A stretch of DNA of 59,905 bases, the filler included, from Piptocephalis cylindrospora (Eukaryota), in assembly GCA_003614145.1 (NCBI GenBank). It is 4 parts of 4 records of this genome, joined end to end, with 100 filler letters (N's around TTAATTAATTAA, not from the genome) between each part and the next. Parts side by side here need not be neighbours in the genome. Positions count along the whole stretch, not along the records: positions 15,025 to 29,948 come from KZ987910.1; positions 30,049 to 44,971 come from KZ987911.1; 2 more parts are not named here. One strand, 5' to 3'. The notes below the pieces were generated by a model. It was not told where the DNA came from. It ran no database searches and saw only the letters and a list, made by a program, of their open reading frames with translations. Positions 25,171 through 36,565 of the stretch are shown piece after piece (the first letter of the stretch is position 1; each line of letters starts with the position of its first letter). Made by a program: the position numbers and the translations under genes.

Positions 25171-26137
25171 TCAGGGATAGGCCTCTAGACCGCCATATCG
25201 GACCATAACGTAGTAAAGGATGGACAAAGCATTGAAGTTATCAGTAGAATGACCCGCATGGGTCTTATCGCAGTAATATTGCACAGTGGCAGAGAAGCTA
25301 CTGACAACATCAAGAAGGGACTTGCAGGTGGTGAAGGGGGCCGTCTTCGCCTTGGGGTGGCGACGGAGATTCATTTCATCCCAAAAGGACCTGATGGTGA
25401 GCTTGGGATCCTTACCAATAAATTTTTTACGCTCCACGCGGCGAAGGTAAATAAATAAGGGATCCTTCATGAGTTCCATCTGCTTTTCCTGGCGGAGCGC
25501 GTCCCAAAGGCAAGCAAAGGCCTCGGTGGCAATATGCGGGGGGGAATCGTAGGTGGGGGTGGCGCCGGAAGTGGTTCGAGAGATGTGGCGGGTCATGGCG
25601 GACTGGGTACCTTCGAACATATTCCTTCTGGAACCATATGGAGGAGTTTTATACAAGCACCATAGCCGAATTCTCCAGTGATCACCGCGACCAAGTTCGA
25701 AATTTTCCAAGCGATGGATAAGATCATCACATAGCTCAAGCACCTCAAGTTTTGGGGGTGCCATTATGTTCAAGGTGGAAGCGAGACCGTCTTGAATGTT
25801 CATGAAGGAAGTAATGCGACGACGAACCATTTTGTTGGGGTTCACTGCGGAGCAGCCACTAGTATAGCTCCATATATCATTGAACCAGTGATGCAAAAGG
25901 TATTTAAGGTTAAATACTCTGTCACCAATCTCCTTCTTTTCCTTCAAGAATTCCTCCTCATTCTTAAAGTTATCTCTCTTCAATGTCTTCTCGTTTAGCT
26001 TATTGACCCTCTCAATAAGCGGTGTAGTATGCTTTGATGGACGGGGGGGGGGAAAGGGTTGCTTGGCCTGAGAGAGATAGGCAGAGGAAGACACCGGCAA
26101 GAGTCACCGGTAGCAGCGTAGTATAGGGCAACATCAT
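25171..26137 (-). CDS. Orphan putatively secreted protein, frameshifted as assembled at a C10 run (26043-26052)
   Basis: ATG 26137 encodes signal-like MMLPYTTLLPVTLAGVFLCLSLSGQA and stops at codon 42. Removing one C joins it to the 309-codon ORF 25171-26100. TATATAA at 26305-26299. Confidence 0.6.
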
Positions 26138-27277
26138 GGGCAGTGGAAGGATCGTTAGAAAAATGTAGGGTACGAGAAAGCGATAAAAGTGTCAAGGTCG
26201 TTAGGTGAGAATGGGCCATACACGATGCGGAATGGCCAGAAAAGGTAGGAGTGGGGTAGGGATGAAATGACAGGTATCTCAGACAGGAGCGGTGATGCTT
26301 ATATAGGAAGGAAAGCAAGGCAAGTATGCAGCGGGGAATAGGGCGGGCTGTCGGATCAAAGGAGCCATAGTCAAACATGCCTCCTACATTTAAACCCCGA
26401 CTCTCTAAACTCAATGGTTTGAGGAACAGCGGAACGGTGGAAGGGAAATAGCACCTAACCAATGCGGGCTCTCCAGCAGAGCAGAATACTGACTTATGTA
26501 CTCTAGGGAAGTACAAGGCACATGGAAGGGACTAGGATTCAAAATGATGGGCTGCCGACCTAAATGTAAACTGCACGTTCTCTGGCCGTTTCAGTCAAAA
26601 GGAAGAGGCCTAAGGGTCATTGCTGGCTTTTCGCTACATAGATGAAGCCGTTCAATAGTCCATAGATGAGTTGACTAGCTTGGATAGACGGTCCTAGAGA
26701 TACGACTGAGGAACTAGTCTAAAATCGAGCAATACAATGGTATGGCGTGTTTTGAGAGAGATGCCATCATAGCCTAGATTAAGAGAGAGGTGGACCGGAG
26801 GAGGTAATTAACAACCTTGCCATTCTAAATCCCAAGCCTCGTGGCAGCCATTTGAATATAACGATGCCCTTTTTTACTTGACGACTAAGTCTATTGCTCC
26901 TTTGGATGAGCCATATCGCTTGCGTGGATGGATGGATGGACCAGACACTGTCTCATGTTCAGGTTTGGCTGCTCATGATGCTAGTGGCTAAAGGAGGGTG
27001 TAATGGCTCTTCGAAGAATGGCCACACTTCACTAAGATACGCCTGCGCTGTTCGGTCCGTTTCGGAAAAAGGCACCGAATTCCCGAATTCATATTTTGAC
27101 CAATTTGATGGCGCTCTGAACGAAGAGAATGTACGAGCCGAGAGACAAAAGGGCCTTTGGTAGTCATGTGTGGGAGAGAGGGAAATTCACTGGCCTTGGA
27201 CTACTCCTTTCCACCTGCATATCCTTTCTCCTTCCCCTCCTCCCTCCCCCTCCCTGCACTTTGCACACTTGTTGAGC

Positions 27278-28544
27278 ATGGCATCATCCTTTGACTCCTC
27301 CGAGCCCTATCCATTACCGGGCGAGATCCTCACGTTAGATTGTCGTAGAACCCATGGAGCTGCTGAGGTTATGGACGAATTAGCAAGACCGCTTCGAGTG
27401 GTGCAATGGAACGTGGAGAGGAACTATGAGGCAGATGCAGTACTAGAAGAGCTACGTCGACTCGATGCCGACGTTTACTTTTTACAGGTATGTTTGGCTG
27501 TACGTCTGTCTCGAGGCATCCAACTCATCCTCATCCCCCTCTGTGCGATAGGAAATTGATATTGGTTGCACACGAAGCGGAGGACGAGACCATTTTACCG
27601 AGCTGTGCGAGGGCCTCGAGTGTCTTGGAGGCTTTGTGTGTGAATTTGAGGAGCTAGACTCGCCTTTGCGTAGTGCAGCACACGCCGGGGGAGGAGTGCA
27701 TGGAAATGCCATTTTGACTCGATTCCCCGCGACCTTCCGGGGCCTCCAGCACCTCCCCGAGGCATTCGACTGGGAGAAACGGGGGGCCAGCCTAGGGGAG
27801 CCTCGAAAGGGCTCACGGTATGCCTGTGTAGCCAGCATTGATGTGCCCTGGATGGACAAGCCCATCTTGGGGTACTCGGTACACCTGGAGGTGTTTTGCG
27901 GGATAGTTGGCAGGGTTGGGGAATTCTCTTCTCTTATGCAGGATGCGCACGAGCACGCCGGAACCCATCCACATCAATTGATCTTTGGGGATCTGAATAC
28001 CATGGCCCACTCCATTGCCCGACTCTCCCCGAGGTTTGCCCAGGACCGGTACCGCTTCCTGTCCCTTGGATGGGTCGAGTCGGCGTGGTGGCACACCCAT
28101 GTCCTGGGCTTCCACGTGGAGGATGGTCCGGTGAATACCTTGCTGGGTCGAGGATGGTCGGAGGAAGTAGCGTCCCGGGTGAGGAATGATGGGTTCTGGG
28201 ATCCATGGGACCCGGTGGAGGACATCACTATTTGCCCCAAGGCATACCGAGGGATGTTTTCGGGAAAACTGGATTGGACCCTCCTGCGGGGTTGGGAGGT
28301 ACGAAACAAGGATATGGGGAATGATGCGTATGCCCTGAGTGATCATCGATGGCTCATGGTTGAGGTGGTACCGGACCGGGTGTCTGGCGACGCGGGGGCC
28401 TTGGCCCAATGGAGGGATCGACGGATCCTACGACGATCCAATACACGGCGGGGCTATGGTCTCTCTCTATGGGGACTCGCGGGCCAGGGATTATTGGTGG
28501 CAGGAGTGGTGAAACTCATGGCCCATCTCTGGCGCATGCGGTGA
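27278..28544 (+). CDS. Endonuclease/exonuclease/phosphatase (EEP) family hydrolase with C-terminal hydrophobic anchor
   Basis: Exons 27278-27487 and 27552-28544. EEP motifs VVQWNVER, DVYFLQEID, HGNAILTR, SVHLE, FGDLNT, KLDW and SDH. Confidence 0.88.
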
Positions 28545-28623
28545 AGGAATTTCATAGAATTTGATTGTACACGGTCTACACATTCTGGGATAAAATGCAT
28601 GGGACAAAAAGGAAAGATGTATT

Positions 28624-29259
28624 TCATGCCGCGGCAGAGATGTGTATGGGAACATCTGCCTGAGCGGGGAGATGATGAAGAGGGGCGGGCCGGGGGGTTC
28701 TGGACCATGACGGCCGATTCTTTGATGGAGGCTTGGATGGGGATTGGGCTGAGGTATTGTTGTTGTTCGTCACGTTCAATGGGATGGAGGGAGTAGGTGA
28801 AGCTTCGTTGCTGTCCTGGATAACACTAGTAAGATTGGTCGAGGACACATTGTTTTCCAAGACAGGCTCAGTGAGGTTGGTCGAGACCACGTTATTCTCC
28901 AAGACGGGGCTAGCAGGATTACTTTTAGATATCCTCGTGCCGCCATGCTCATCCTCCAAAGGCAGATCCTGAGATGGTGAATTATGAGCTTTTTCTGCCT
29001 GGTCAAGAGCAGTAAGGGCAATCTTCTTTTGCTCATTCTTGATTTTGGCAGTTAGAATGGTCAGCTCCGTATCCAACTCTTCCATGTGAGAACGGTGAGA
29101 GGTTGCACCAGCAGCGGCCAAAAATCCAGTCCCTGAGCCCATCAGACCAAAGGATAGACCCTGGCCACCGTTGTTGATGACCCCGGCCCAATTGAAGGCC
29201 TCTGCAGGAGGGACAAGATGGGTGATGCCTAGAAGGGTAAGAAGTACGGCTGGGTTCAT
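28624..29259 (-). CDS. Small secreted orphan protein (signal peptide, Gly-rich segment, coiled coil, Ser/Thr/Asn-rich tail)
   Basis: MNPAVLLTLLGITHLVPPAEA signal. An internal 14-codon duplication shows mostly synonymous differences, supporting coding status. Confidence 0.7.
   Translation of the reverse strand: MNPAVLLTLLGITHLVPPAEAFNWAGVINNGGQGLSFGLMGSGTGFLAAAGATSHRSHMEELDTELTILTAKIKNEQKKIALTALDQAEKAHNSPSQDLPLEDEHGGTRISKSNPASPVLENNVVSTNLTEPVLENNVSSTNLTSVIQDSNEASPTPSIPLNVTNNNNTSAQSPSKPPSKNRPSWSRTPRPAPLHHLPAQADVPIHISAAA
28828..28908 (-). repeat. In-frame 42-bp tandem duplication (PVLENNVVSTNLTE / PVLENNVSSTNLTS)
   Basis: Units 28870-28908 and 28828-28866. Six synonymous and one non-synonymous codon difference over 13 codons. 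Confidence 0.9.
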
Positions 29260-29948
29260 AGGAAAGGGTAAGAAGGGTCGTAAGAAGAAAGGGTCGATGA
29301 GGAAGGGATGAAGGAGTAGGATATGAGAGGAAGAGGTTCAGGGCAAGCTGTTTCTTGACCTTGATGGTGCTATGGTTTAAAAGGGGTACTTGCAACTTCT
29401 GACCAGAGCACAACCAGAATGCTACCGAATCCAGCTCGCATCTCCGCAGGAATGATACAGAATAATGTGTCGTCCGCCAGATGAGATGAACATTCATGAC
29501 CACTATTGAAGCCTCAGTATGGCGGGATAGCGGGCTGAGATCTCTGTTTTGGATAAGACACGGGCTTGGTATGCCTCTAGACACCCAACGAAAAAGACGG
29601 CAAGTGACATGCTCATATCCACTGTAGATGGCCTCATCGGCACCCCCGCCCAGTTGCATCTGGATGTGTTGGCTATAGCCATAGAATGGATAGGCTGAGC
29701 ATGTGTCAATCCAGCTGGGCATGGCCCTGAATATCGCTAGGACTTTGGGTCAAAGTAGGACAGGATAACAAGGGGGGCAAAGTAGGATAGGATAGTGTGG
29801 GGCGGAGTTTGGGCAGGAAGGAATGGAGCGGACCTTAGAGTCGGGGTGAAAAGGGAATATTAGGCGAGTGATTCAGGGTCCGCCCGCTCTCTCCCCCTCC
29901 CTGCCTTCTATGTATGCTGACCCAAGTGAAAATATCATACACTGTCCG

Positions 29949-30048
29949 NNNNNNNNNNNNNNNNNNNNNNNNNNNNNNNNNNNNNNNNNNNNTTAATTAA
30001 TTAANNNNNNNNNNNNNNNNNNNNNNNNNNNNNNNNNNNNNNNNNNNN
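29949..30048. other. Artificial contig-join linker
   Basis: N44-TTAATTAATTAA-N44. Confidence 0.98.
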
Positions 30049-30051
30049 GGT

Positions 30052-30104
<53 letters not shown>

Positions 30105-30151
30105 ATGGGATCTATCTTAAGGCTAATTCGCCTCAATAAAAGCCAACTTAC

Positions 30152-30353
30152 TGGATTTTCCCACGCCGTTCCGACCAATAAAGCCATATCGTGTACCGGG
30201 CTGTAGGAGCAGTCGGGTATCCTTGATCAGCTCGCTCTCCCCTACCGTAACGGTCAAACCAATAACATCAACTTGGACGTTCGTGGAGGTGGTCTTTTCT
30301 CCTGTGAGGTGGAAGCGGTTGGTTTGGATGGTGGCAATGGCTGGAGCAGTCAT
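30152..30353 (-). CDS. ABC-F family ATPase, first exon only (rest lost at contig end)
   Basis: VDVIGLTVTVGESELIKDTRLLLQPGTRYGFIGRNGVGKS (Walker A), followed by a GTAAGT donor at 30151. Confidence 0.8.
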
Positions 30354-31387
30354 GTTAAGGCTAGAACAAGGCAAGTTGAAGTAGTGTGTCTGAGTGTGTG
30401 TGTGTGTTATGTGTGTGTGTGTGGATGTGTGCCAGGAGGGTGGTGGCTAAACAACCAGAGACGCTGTGCTTGGAAAAGTGATGGATACGGCGTATGAGAG
30501 TGTGGGGAGATGATGATGTGAAGCGGACGTTGATTCTCGAGTTTATAATTATTCCAGTGGATATTTAATGCTTTGACGAGACACACGCTATGAACTTTAT
30601 TCGCGCCATTTTGCCATTCACAAGCTCGTCCCCGCCTCCTCACTCGGGGCACCGTGATAAAACCTGACTCATTTTTGTATCAGCCTGACTTGGAGTGAGT
30701 TTGTGAGAAAATTTGGCCAATCCTTAGGGGCCCTCAAGGGAGAAGAGCAGGACAAGGGATGAGGGTGGCGATGCAGAGCAGCATACTTCTTAGGGTAAAA
30801 ATTGATTGAGGGTGCCCGAATGCTCCCTTGATTGAGACGGTGCTCTTTCCCTTGGGCCTCCTGTAAAGGATCCATTGAGTAATCTCTGTTGCTGCCCCAA
30901 GGACATTAAGGATTTTACGGCCCAGTAGTAGGGCGGAGGACTTGGCCACTCTAAACTGTATCCTTGGACTGCGGTATACTGCCTGTACCCCCCGCCTTTA
31001 TGACCATCGTCATGGCTAGGAGGAAAGGTAATGGCGCTTGCCGTGAGCCTATCCTCCTGCACTGACTACAAGACCTACCCATGATGAATGAATTTATGAA
31101 ACCCCCTTGCCTTGTCCTTTCTTCTAAAGGATTTATCCTTTGATTATCCTCTTCCACTGACCCAGTATGTCATTTGCCTTCGGAGGCCCGAGCTTCCTTC
31201 CTCCATCACCCCCTTCTTCATTTAACCTCTCCATAATGTTCTCCTATCTGTATGATGACCTCCCATCCTAAATGCCGTTAATGGGTGCAGATCATTATAT
31301 TGTTATTATTGCCATCTCCTTCACCCGTACGGATCAAAGCACAATCCACCAGCTAAAAACACCCCTCCCCCTTACATAACATCTTCA

Positions 31388-32071
31388 TTATGAGCACCGG
31401 ATCTTCCATATCTCCACCTCATCATTCTCCAAGCGAAGATTTTTAAGCTGGCGCTTGGGGATCGGCCGAGCATCCCATGATTTGGACCGACATAGGTCGA
31501 CAAACCGATCACACACCATGGAATCCCGTCGTTCAAAGGCCACATAAGCCACTGTCCGAGGACCAGCCAGCCGGGTCATCAGATCTACTAGCGGCTCCAG
31601 CAGACTTCGCTCGTACACACAGTCCGCTGCAAAGATCAGGTCAAAGGGTCGGTCAGGCTCCTCCTCCAGCGGCACGGGTAGGCATGGGGCATTCAACCAG
31701 TCGAGGGCATCGACTGATAGGTCCACCCCATGATTCCGCTCCTTGAGGTTGGTTAAGTTCCTCTTCAAATTGGGCTCCAAGACACTTTTGACTACGCTAG
31801 GCAGGTCTGTCAGGTGGACCTGAGAGGCCCCACAGGCCCCGGCCGTCAGGCCCACCAGGCCACATCCCGCCCCCAGTTCGATGCACCGCATCCCCCGAAG
31901 ACCTCCGGGAAGGGCATGGAGATGCTGGGCCAGGGCCTTGGCCGAGTCCCAGACGGTGGTTCCATGGTCTAGTGTATCGTTACATTGGCGAAGTCCTAGG
32001 GGAGTTGCCCCGGCCCCAGGCAGAGGAAATTCCACATAGGACAGGTGCTTCGTATCATCCAAGATGGTCAT
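31388..32071 (-). CDS. METTL21/family-16 protein-lysine methyltransferase
   Basis: GTTVWDSAKAL, CIELGAGCG (motif I), LTDL, LDW and DLIFAADCVY. Confidence 0.9.
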   Translation of the reverse strand: MTILDDTKHLSYVEFPLPGAGATPLGLRQCNDTLDHGTTVWDSAKALAQHLHALPGGLRGMRCIELGAGCGLVGLTAGACGASQVHLTDLPSVVKSVLEPNLKRNLTNLKERNHGVDLSVDALDWLNAPCLPVPLEEEPDRPFDLIFAADCVYERSLLEPLVDLMTRLAGPRTVAYVAFERRDSMVCDRFVDLCRSKSWDARPIPKRQLKNLRLENDEVEIWKIRCS

Positions 32072-32401
32072 CGTAGTCTAGATGAGGGTAGAGATGGTGG
32101 AGGAAGATGGAGGAGCCAAATGAGAATGTGGATATGACTAGCTTTTTAGATGCTTTTCTTTTTTTTTCTTCGGTGCTGCGCACACTTCCAACCGTCTGTG
32201 ATGAATGGAGATGGAACCGTGGCGCTACAGGACAAGGTTCTTGCCATAGCATTCTGCCAAGGGAGCGGGGATTGAATTCCTATTGATAATGACACCTTGA
32301 TCATTATCAAAAGCTGGCGTAATGGCCCTTGTTAGCAAATGTACTTCTATTATCTTAATCAATCCTCTCCATTCCAATCCGTTCAAAATCCACTGTGGTC
32401 A

Positions 32402-35360
32402 TTACTCTGCCTCCTCCTCCTCTTCATCATCCGAGGGAGGAATGTCTTCACCTAGCTCTCGAAGCCGGCTGCGCATCTTCTTGGATTCAGTGTCCTGCTC
32501 GGCAAGGAAGACTAGGAGGTCCTCTTGTTCGCCCTCCAAAGTAGCAAACTTTTTCTTAGACTCTGCCAACTCGGTCTCCAATTCCTTGGTCCGTAAAAGG
32601 GCTTCTTCCAACATCACCTTGTCCTTGGACGGTTCCGCCGTCGTGGTCACGGTTACTGGGGGCTCCACCTGTATGAGAGGATTTGATTATTATTGTTCGA
32701 AAGAGTGAACCGATAAGAGATAATATGAGTAGTTGGTCATGGCTCACCGACACATAGGAGGGAGAGTATATACCTTTGCCTGCTTTGCCTCCTCCTCAAG
32801 TAATTCGATCCTTGCCTTAAGCCGGTTAATTTCCTCATCCTGCTCCTTTTCCCGGACCTGAGCAGCAGCCATGGCCGCCTCATGGACCTCCACATCAATC
32901 CCACCAGATGATCCGCCTGATTGGTTAAGAGGTAAAAGGAGAATGAGGGCAGGTTTTCATGAGAGGAGTACCTCCCCTAAGATCATCCTTGGCTTACCTG
33001 AGCGTGCTGACTTGACCTTGCTTGGATCCAAGGAGAGAAGCTTGGTCATCTCGTCTATGCATCCCAAAAAAAAAGTGGTATAGTTAGCGCACACACTCTT
33101 TACTCATCTAGGCTTGACCTCTACTTCCATACTCACCAAAGGTTTCCTTGAAGAGGGCAATAAAGGAGGGCTCATACCACATCTCCTCGGGCTCGCCACT
33201 CTTCTCTCCCCCGGCTCCGACACTTCCTGTTGGCCCTATCCGAGGCCTGGAGGAACTAGCTCGCTGGAAGCGCGGGGAGTCTCGGAGACGGGAGATGCGG
33301 GAGGATACTTGGTCCGTCCCAACACGAGTCCGGACAATCTCCTGGAGGCTAATCCGATCAAAAGGTGTTTCGGGATCTTCATTGAAGGCGTACGCCAGGG
33401 CAAGGAGGTAAGCAGCCAGGCCTTGGACATCACCATTAATCCCACTACTCAAGTGAATCCACTCAATGAGCGTCTGAATACTCAGGCTTTCTCCGAGGAA
33501 CTGGGCCACCGTCGATGAACTCCCATGGCACCATTCACACAGGAAACACAGGACACCCACTTGAGCTCTAGCCACCATGTACTCCCCAGAGGCAAGGGCC
33601 ACATTTTCTTGGCCTGCCCCTCCCATCGACCCCTCTGGTCTCTGACTTTGACCAAGTGCAAGGGTAATGGCATGGATCAACGGAACCGGCTCTTCACCTA
33701 GAAGGGGGTATCAGGGGAGGCTATGTGTAAGTGAATTTCGATAGGGGTAATTTACATGTCAATTCTGGACAAAGTGTTACTCCAGCCAGTGTAGATAGAG
33801 GCTCACATAAACTACCTATTTCCCTCTCCCTTGCCGATACACGACACATACCTTCATCCACATCGCCGAGATAAAAGTCGCAGGCCTTGGCCTTGCCCTC
33901 ATCAAACCCACGGACAGCCGTGGAAAGGAGGGAGGAGGCGTAGAAAGGCTTTGAGGGACTGGAGGCCCAGGATGATGAATCGGTCAGGGCCGAAACCAGC
34001 ATGGCCCCGGCTGACATAGCCTCAGCGTAATCCGTGGGCGGGGCAGATAGGGAAGAGAGAAGGGCTAAACGACCCTCTGAATTATCTTCCATATAGCACT
34101 GAAGGAGGTGGGAAGAAGCGTGTCGGATGGATTCATCCGAGGAGGATAGGGCTTCACGTACTGCCACCTCCACGGGAATCACCTCCTTCTGGGGACCCGC
34201 AGGGATGGGGGATTCAAGGAACTTTACATTCGCAGGGCACTTGCGCACAGCATCTCCGACCAGGAGGAGAGCTTCAGTCCTCACCAGAAGTGGCGCATCC
34301 ACGGACACTACAGCCAGAGTTAAAGCAGATGGCAGGACGCATTGTCCCATGACGGCCTGGTTGGCCGCCGTATTGGTCCCATCATGCTCCAGTAGCCCAC
34401 GCATCACTTGGAGAAGCATGGTGACATTAGTAGCTGCCTGGTCCGGCCAGGTGCCCCAGTCCTCCCCGGGTTCTGGGACCTCAAGGAGACCAGCGGTACT
34501 CTGAATTCCACCCGTTTCGCGAAAATAATTCTGGTTGGAGGTATTGTATCTCAGAAGGTTCATACAAAGCTGTAGACAATCCTGGACAACGATACCTCCG
34601 GAGAGAGGCCCACCCTCTTCCTTGGCCACTTGAGTCAGGCGCTCAAATGCATTTTCAAACGCGATGATCTTTTGTATTTCAGCATGAGCATCTGTGAGCT
34701 GGATGAGAAGGAGCAGTGATTCTACGAGGATGGGGCGAGTGAATAGAGGGTAAGATCGGGTGGTCTACATCTCTCCTCTGAATAATCTGTGATTCAGCCC
34801 TTACCATTCCGGATGGCCTCTCGTCGATCATCCAAGAGGTCCACGAGCCTGGAGCAGCCCATCCCGCTAGTCAGGACGGCAGCTTGGAGAGGGGATAAAC
34901 GATGATGGAGTAGGGTGGAGAGAAGCTGTAGCGTGTTGAAGCGGACATAAAAGTCAAATTCTTCTAGACCGGTCAAGAGAGACATGATAGCATTGGGTGT
35001 GGAGATGAGGCTATCGGTGTTGGCCACGGCCAGGGAGACATCCTCATCTGTCGGCTCCGCATACCGGTCGGCGTTCTCAGGGGTACACAGACTGTTCAGC
35101 GTCTCGATGGCCGCTTTGACCACGTCCACGTCCGATCGATCACGTTCCAGGACAGCCACAAGTCCCGGGATGGATCCTGCGACTTCTTTCTTGTACTGTC
35201 GGGAAAGGCCCTTGAGACCTAGGACAGCAGATCTCCTATCCTCCAGAAGGGTTCCGTGCTCTAAGCGCGAGCGCAGCTTAAGCACAATCTCAGTGGGATC
35301 CTGCGTAGGGGTAGCAGTGCTCCCAACCAGATTAGAGTAGCCACGGGAGAAAAAGTCCAT
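32402..35360 (-). CDS. USO1: ER-Golgi vesicle tether Uso1/p115, about 6 exons
   Basis: TLLEDRRSAVLGLK, FDFYVRFNTLQLL, LVDLLDDRREAIRNE, IQKIIAFENAFERL, GGIVVQDCLQL...LLRYNTSNQNYFRETG, and C-terminal EQEDLLVFLAEQD...LRELG plus acidic tail. Confidence 0.93.
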
Positions 35361-36315
35361 GTTGGGGGGGGATGGAGGAGGAAGAGGAGGAGGGGGGGGG
35401 GGAAGTGCAATGAAAGAAAAGGATGTGAGGTAAAGGGAAGGGATGTTGGGTAGGCAAGAAGTGAGAAGATAGCCTAAGACTTCAGGGCCATTAGGTTGAG
35501 CGGAGAGTAGGTATGGGTGTGGGTAGCAGGTTTTTGAGACTCCGTCCTCCCGAACTATGGCATAATGATGGTGAACCCACAGGCACACCCCCTAACATTA
35601 TCCTTCCCTCCCAGGCTCAAGGAAAACAGGAGACCAGAAGTAATGAAGCTGGGTTTGAGAGTGATGAGTAGGGTTGCATTCGCGAGGCCTATCTAAGTTA
35701 TACCTTAGTCCTGGCATTGATGTCGCTATCATAGTTACCACTACCCCCTTTCTATGTATGAAATCACTTTATATCCTTCAGTTCCAAAAGCCTTAAAATC
35801 AGTCCATCTACGCTACCATCTCGTCTCACGTATCTAGACGAACACGATGATTAGTAAAATGGTCTTGGCCATCACCTTCACTGCCACCCTTGCATTCTTT
35901 GGGCATCCTTTAGTATTATAGTCAGCTCCGAGACCAATGATATTATACTGACTAAGATTGTATCCTCTCAGGGCGTGATGCATTCTCCTTGATCCCTTAC
36001 CAGGCTCAATGCATGCCGAGAGGGAGCTTTCCTTGAATGCAACGCTGAATGATCTGAGGATTTTCGCCTACCTCATGAAATGATAATCTAAGACATTGTA
36101 TTTGGCTTGGAAAAATCATTTATTCCTTCTTCTGGGGGTGGTCCCAGAAAGGGGTCGCCATATGGCACGGTCATGCGCTGATGGACCATTGTAAGAATCG
36201 GCCATTGTGCGAGAATCGCCCTCCAAGCATATTCGATTGGATCTATTCCAAGCAGCCAGCATTTCAATTCATCTTCTCCGACGCCTTAATGATGGTCCAT
36301 TTATCCGATAGCAAG

Positions 36316-36322
36316 TATAAAA
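36316..36322 (+). promoter_or_regulatory. TATA box candidate
   Basis: TATAAAA 250 nt upstream of the ATG at 36566. Confidence 0.45.
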
Positions 36323-36565
36323 GAATATCTACTCTAGGCATCCCAGCTAAGCTCCCTTGCCCCATTCACACCATACCTTCTCTTTTCCTACTTTAGGCAT
36401 CATCTCTTTTTCCTTACGCCTCAATATTCAATTTCAGTCAGGATACTATTCCCTCGTCCATCCTATCTCCTTCAATCCTGGCTTTACGTCCATTTCTACG
36501 CTCTTCCTGAAATCAATATTTTTTCAAGCCTGCTTGTCGTTCTTTCCAGTCGGCACTGACCAGCC

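Noticed and set aside
30049..30103. ~50-nt poly-G run (also C/G runs at 15025-15035 and 44847-44872) as G-quadruplex or poly-Pro ORF
   Set aside because: These lie at or near contig ends, where homopolymer length is unreliable and likely caused the assembly break.
31081..31160. Possible C/D-box snoRNA (ATGATGA…CTGA)
   Set aside because: No terminal stem and no rRNA/snRNA guide that I could verify; such boxes occur by chance.
30660..31160. Overlapping short minus-strand ORFs between the ABC-F and methyltransferase genes
   Set aside because: No consistent frame, splice pattern or domain signal.
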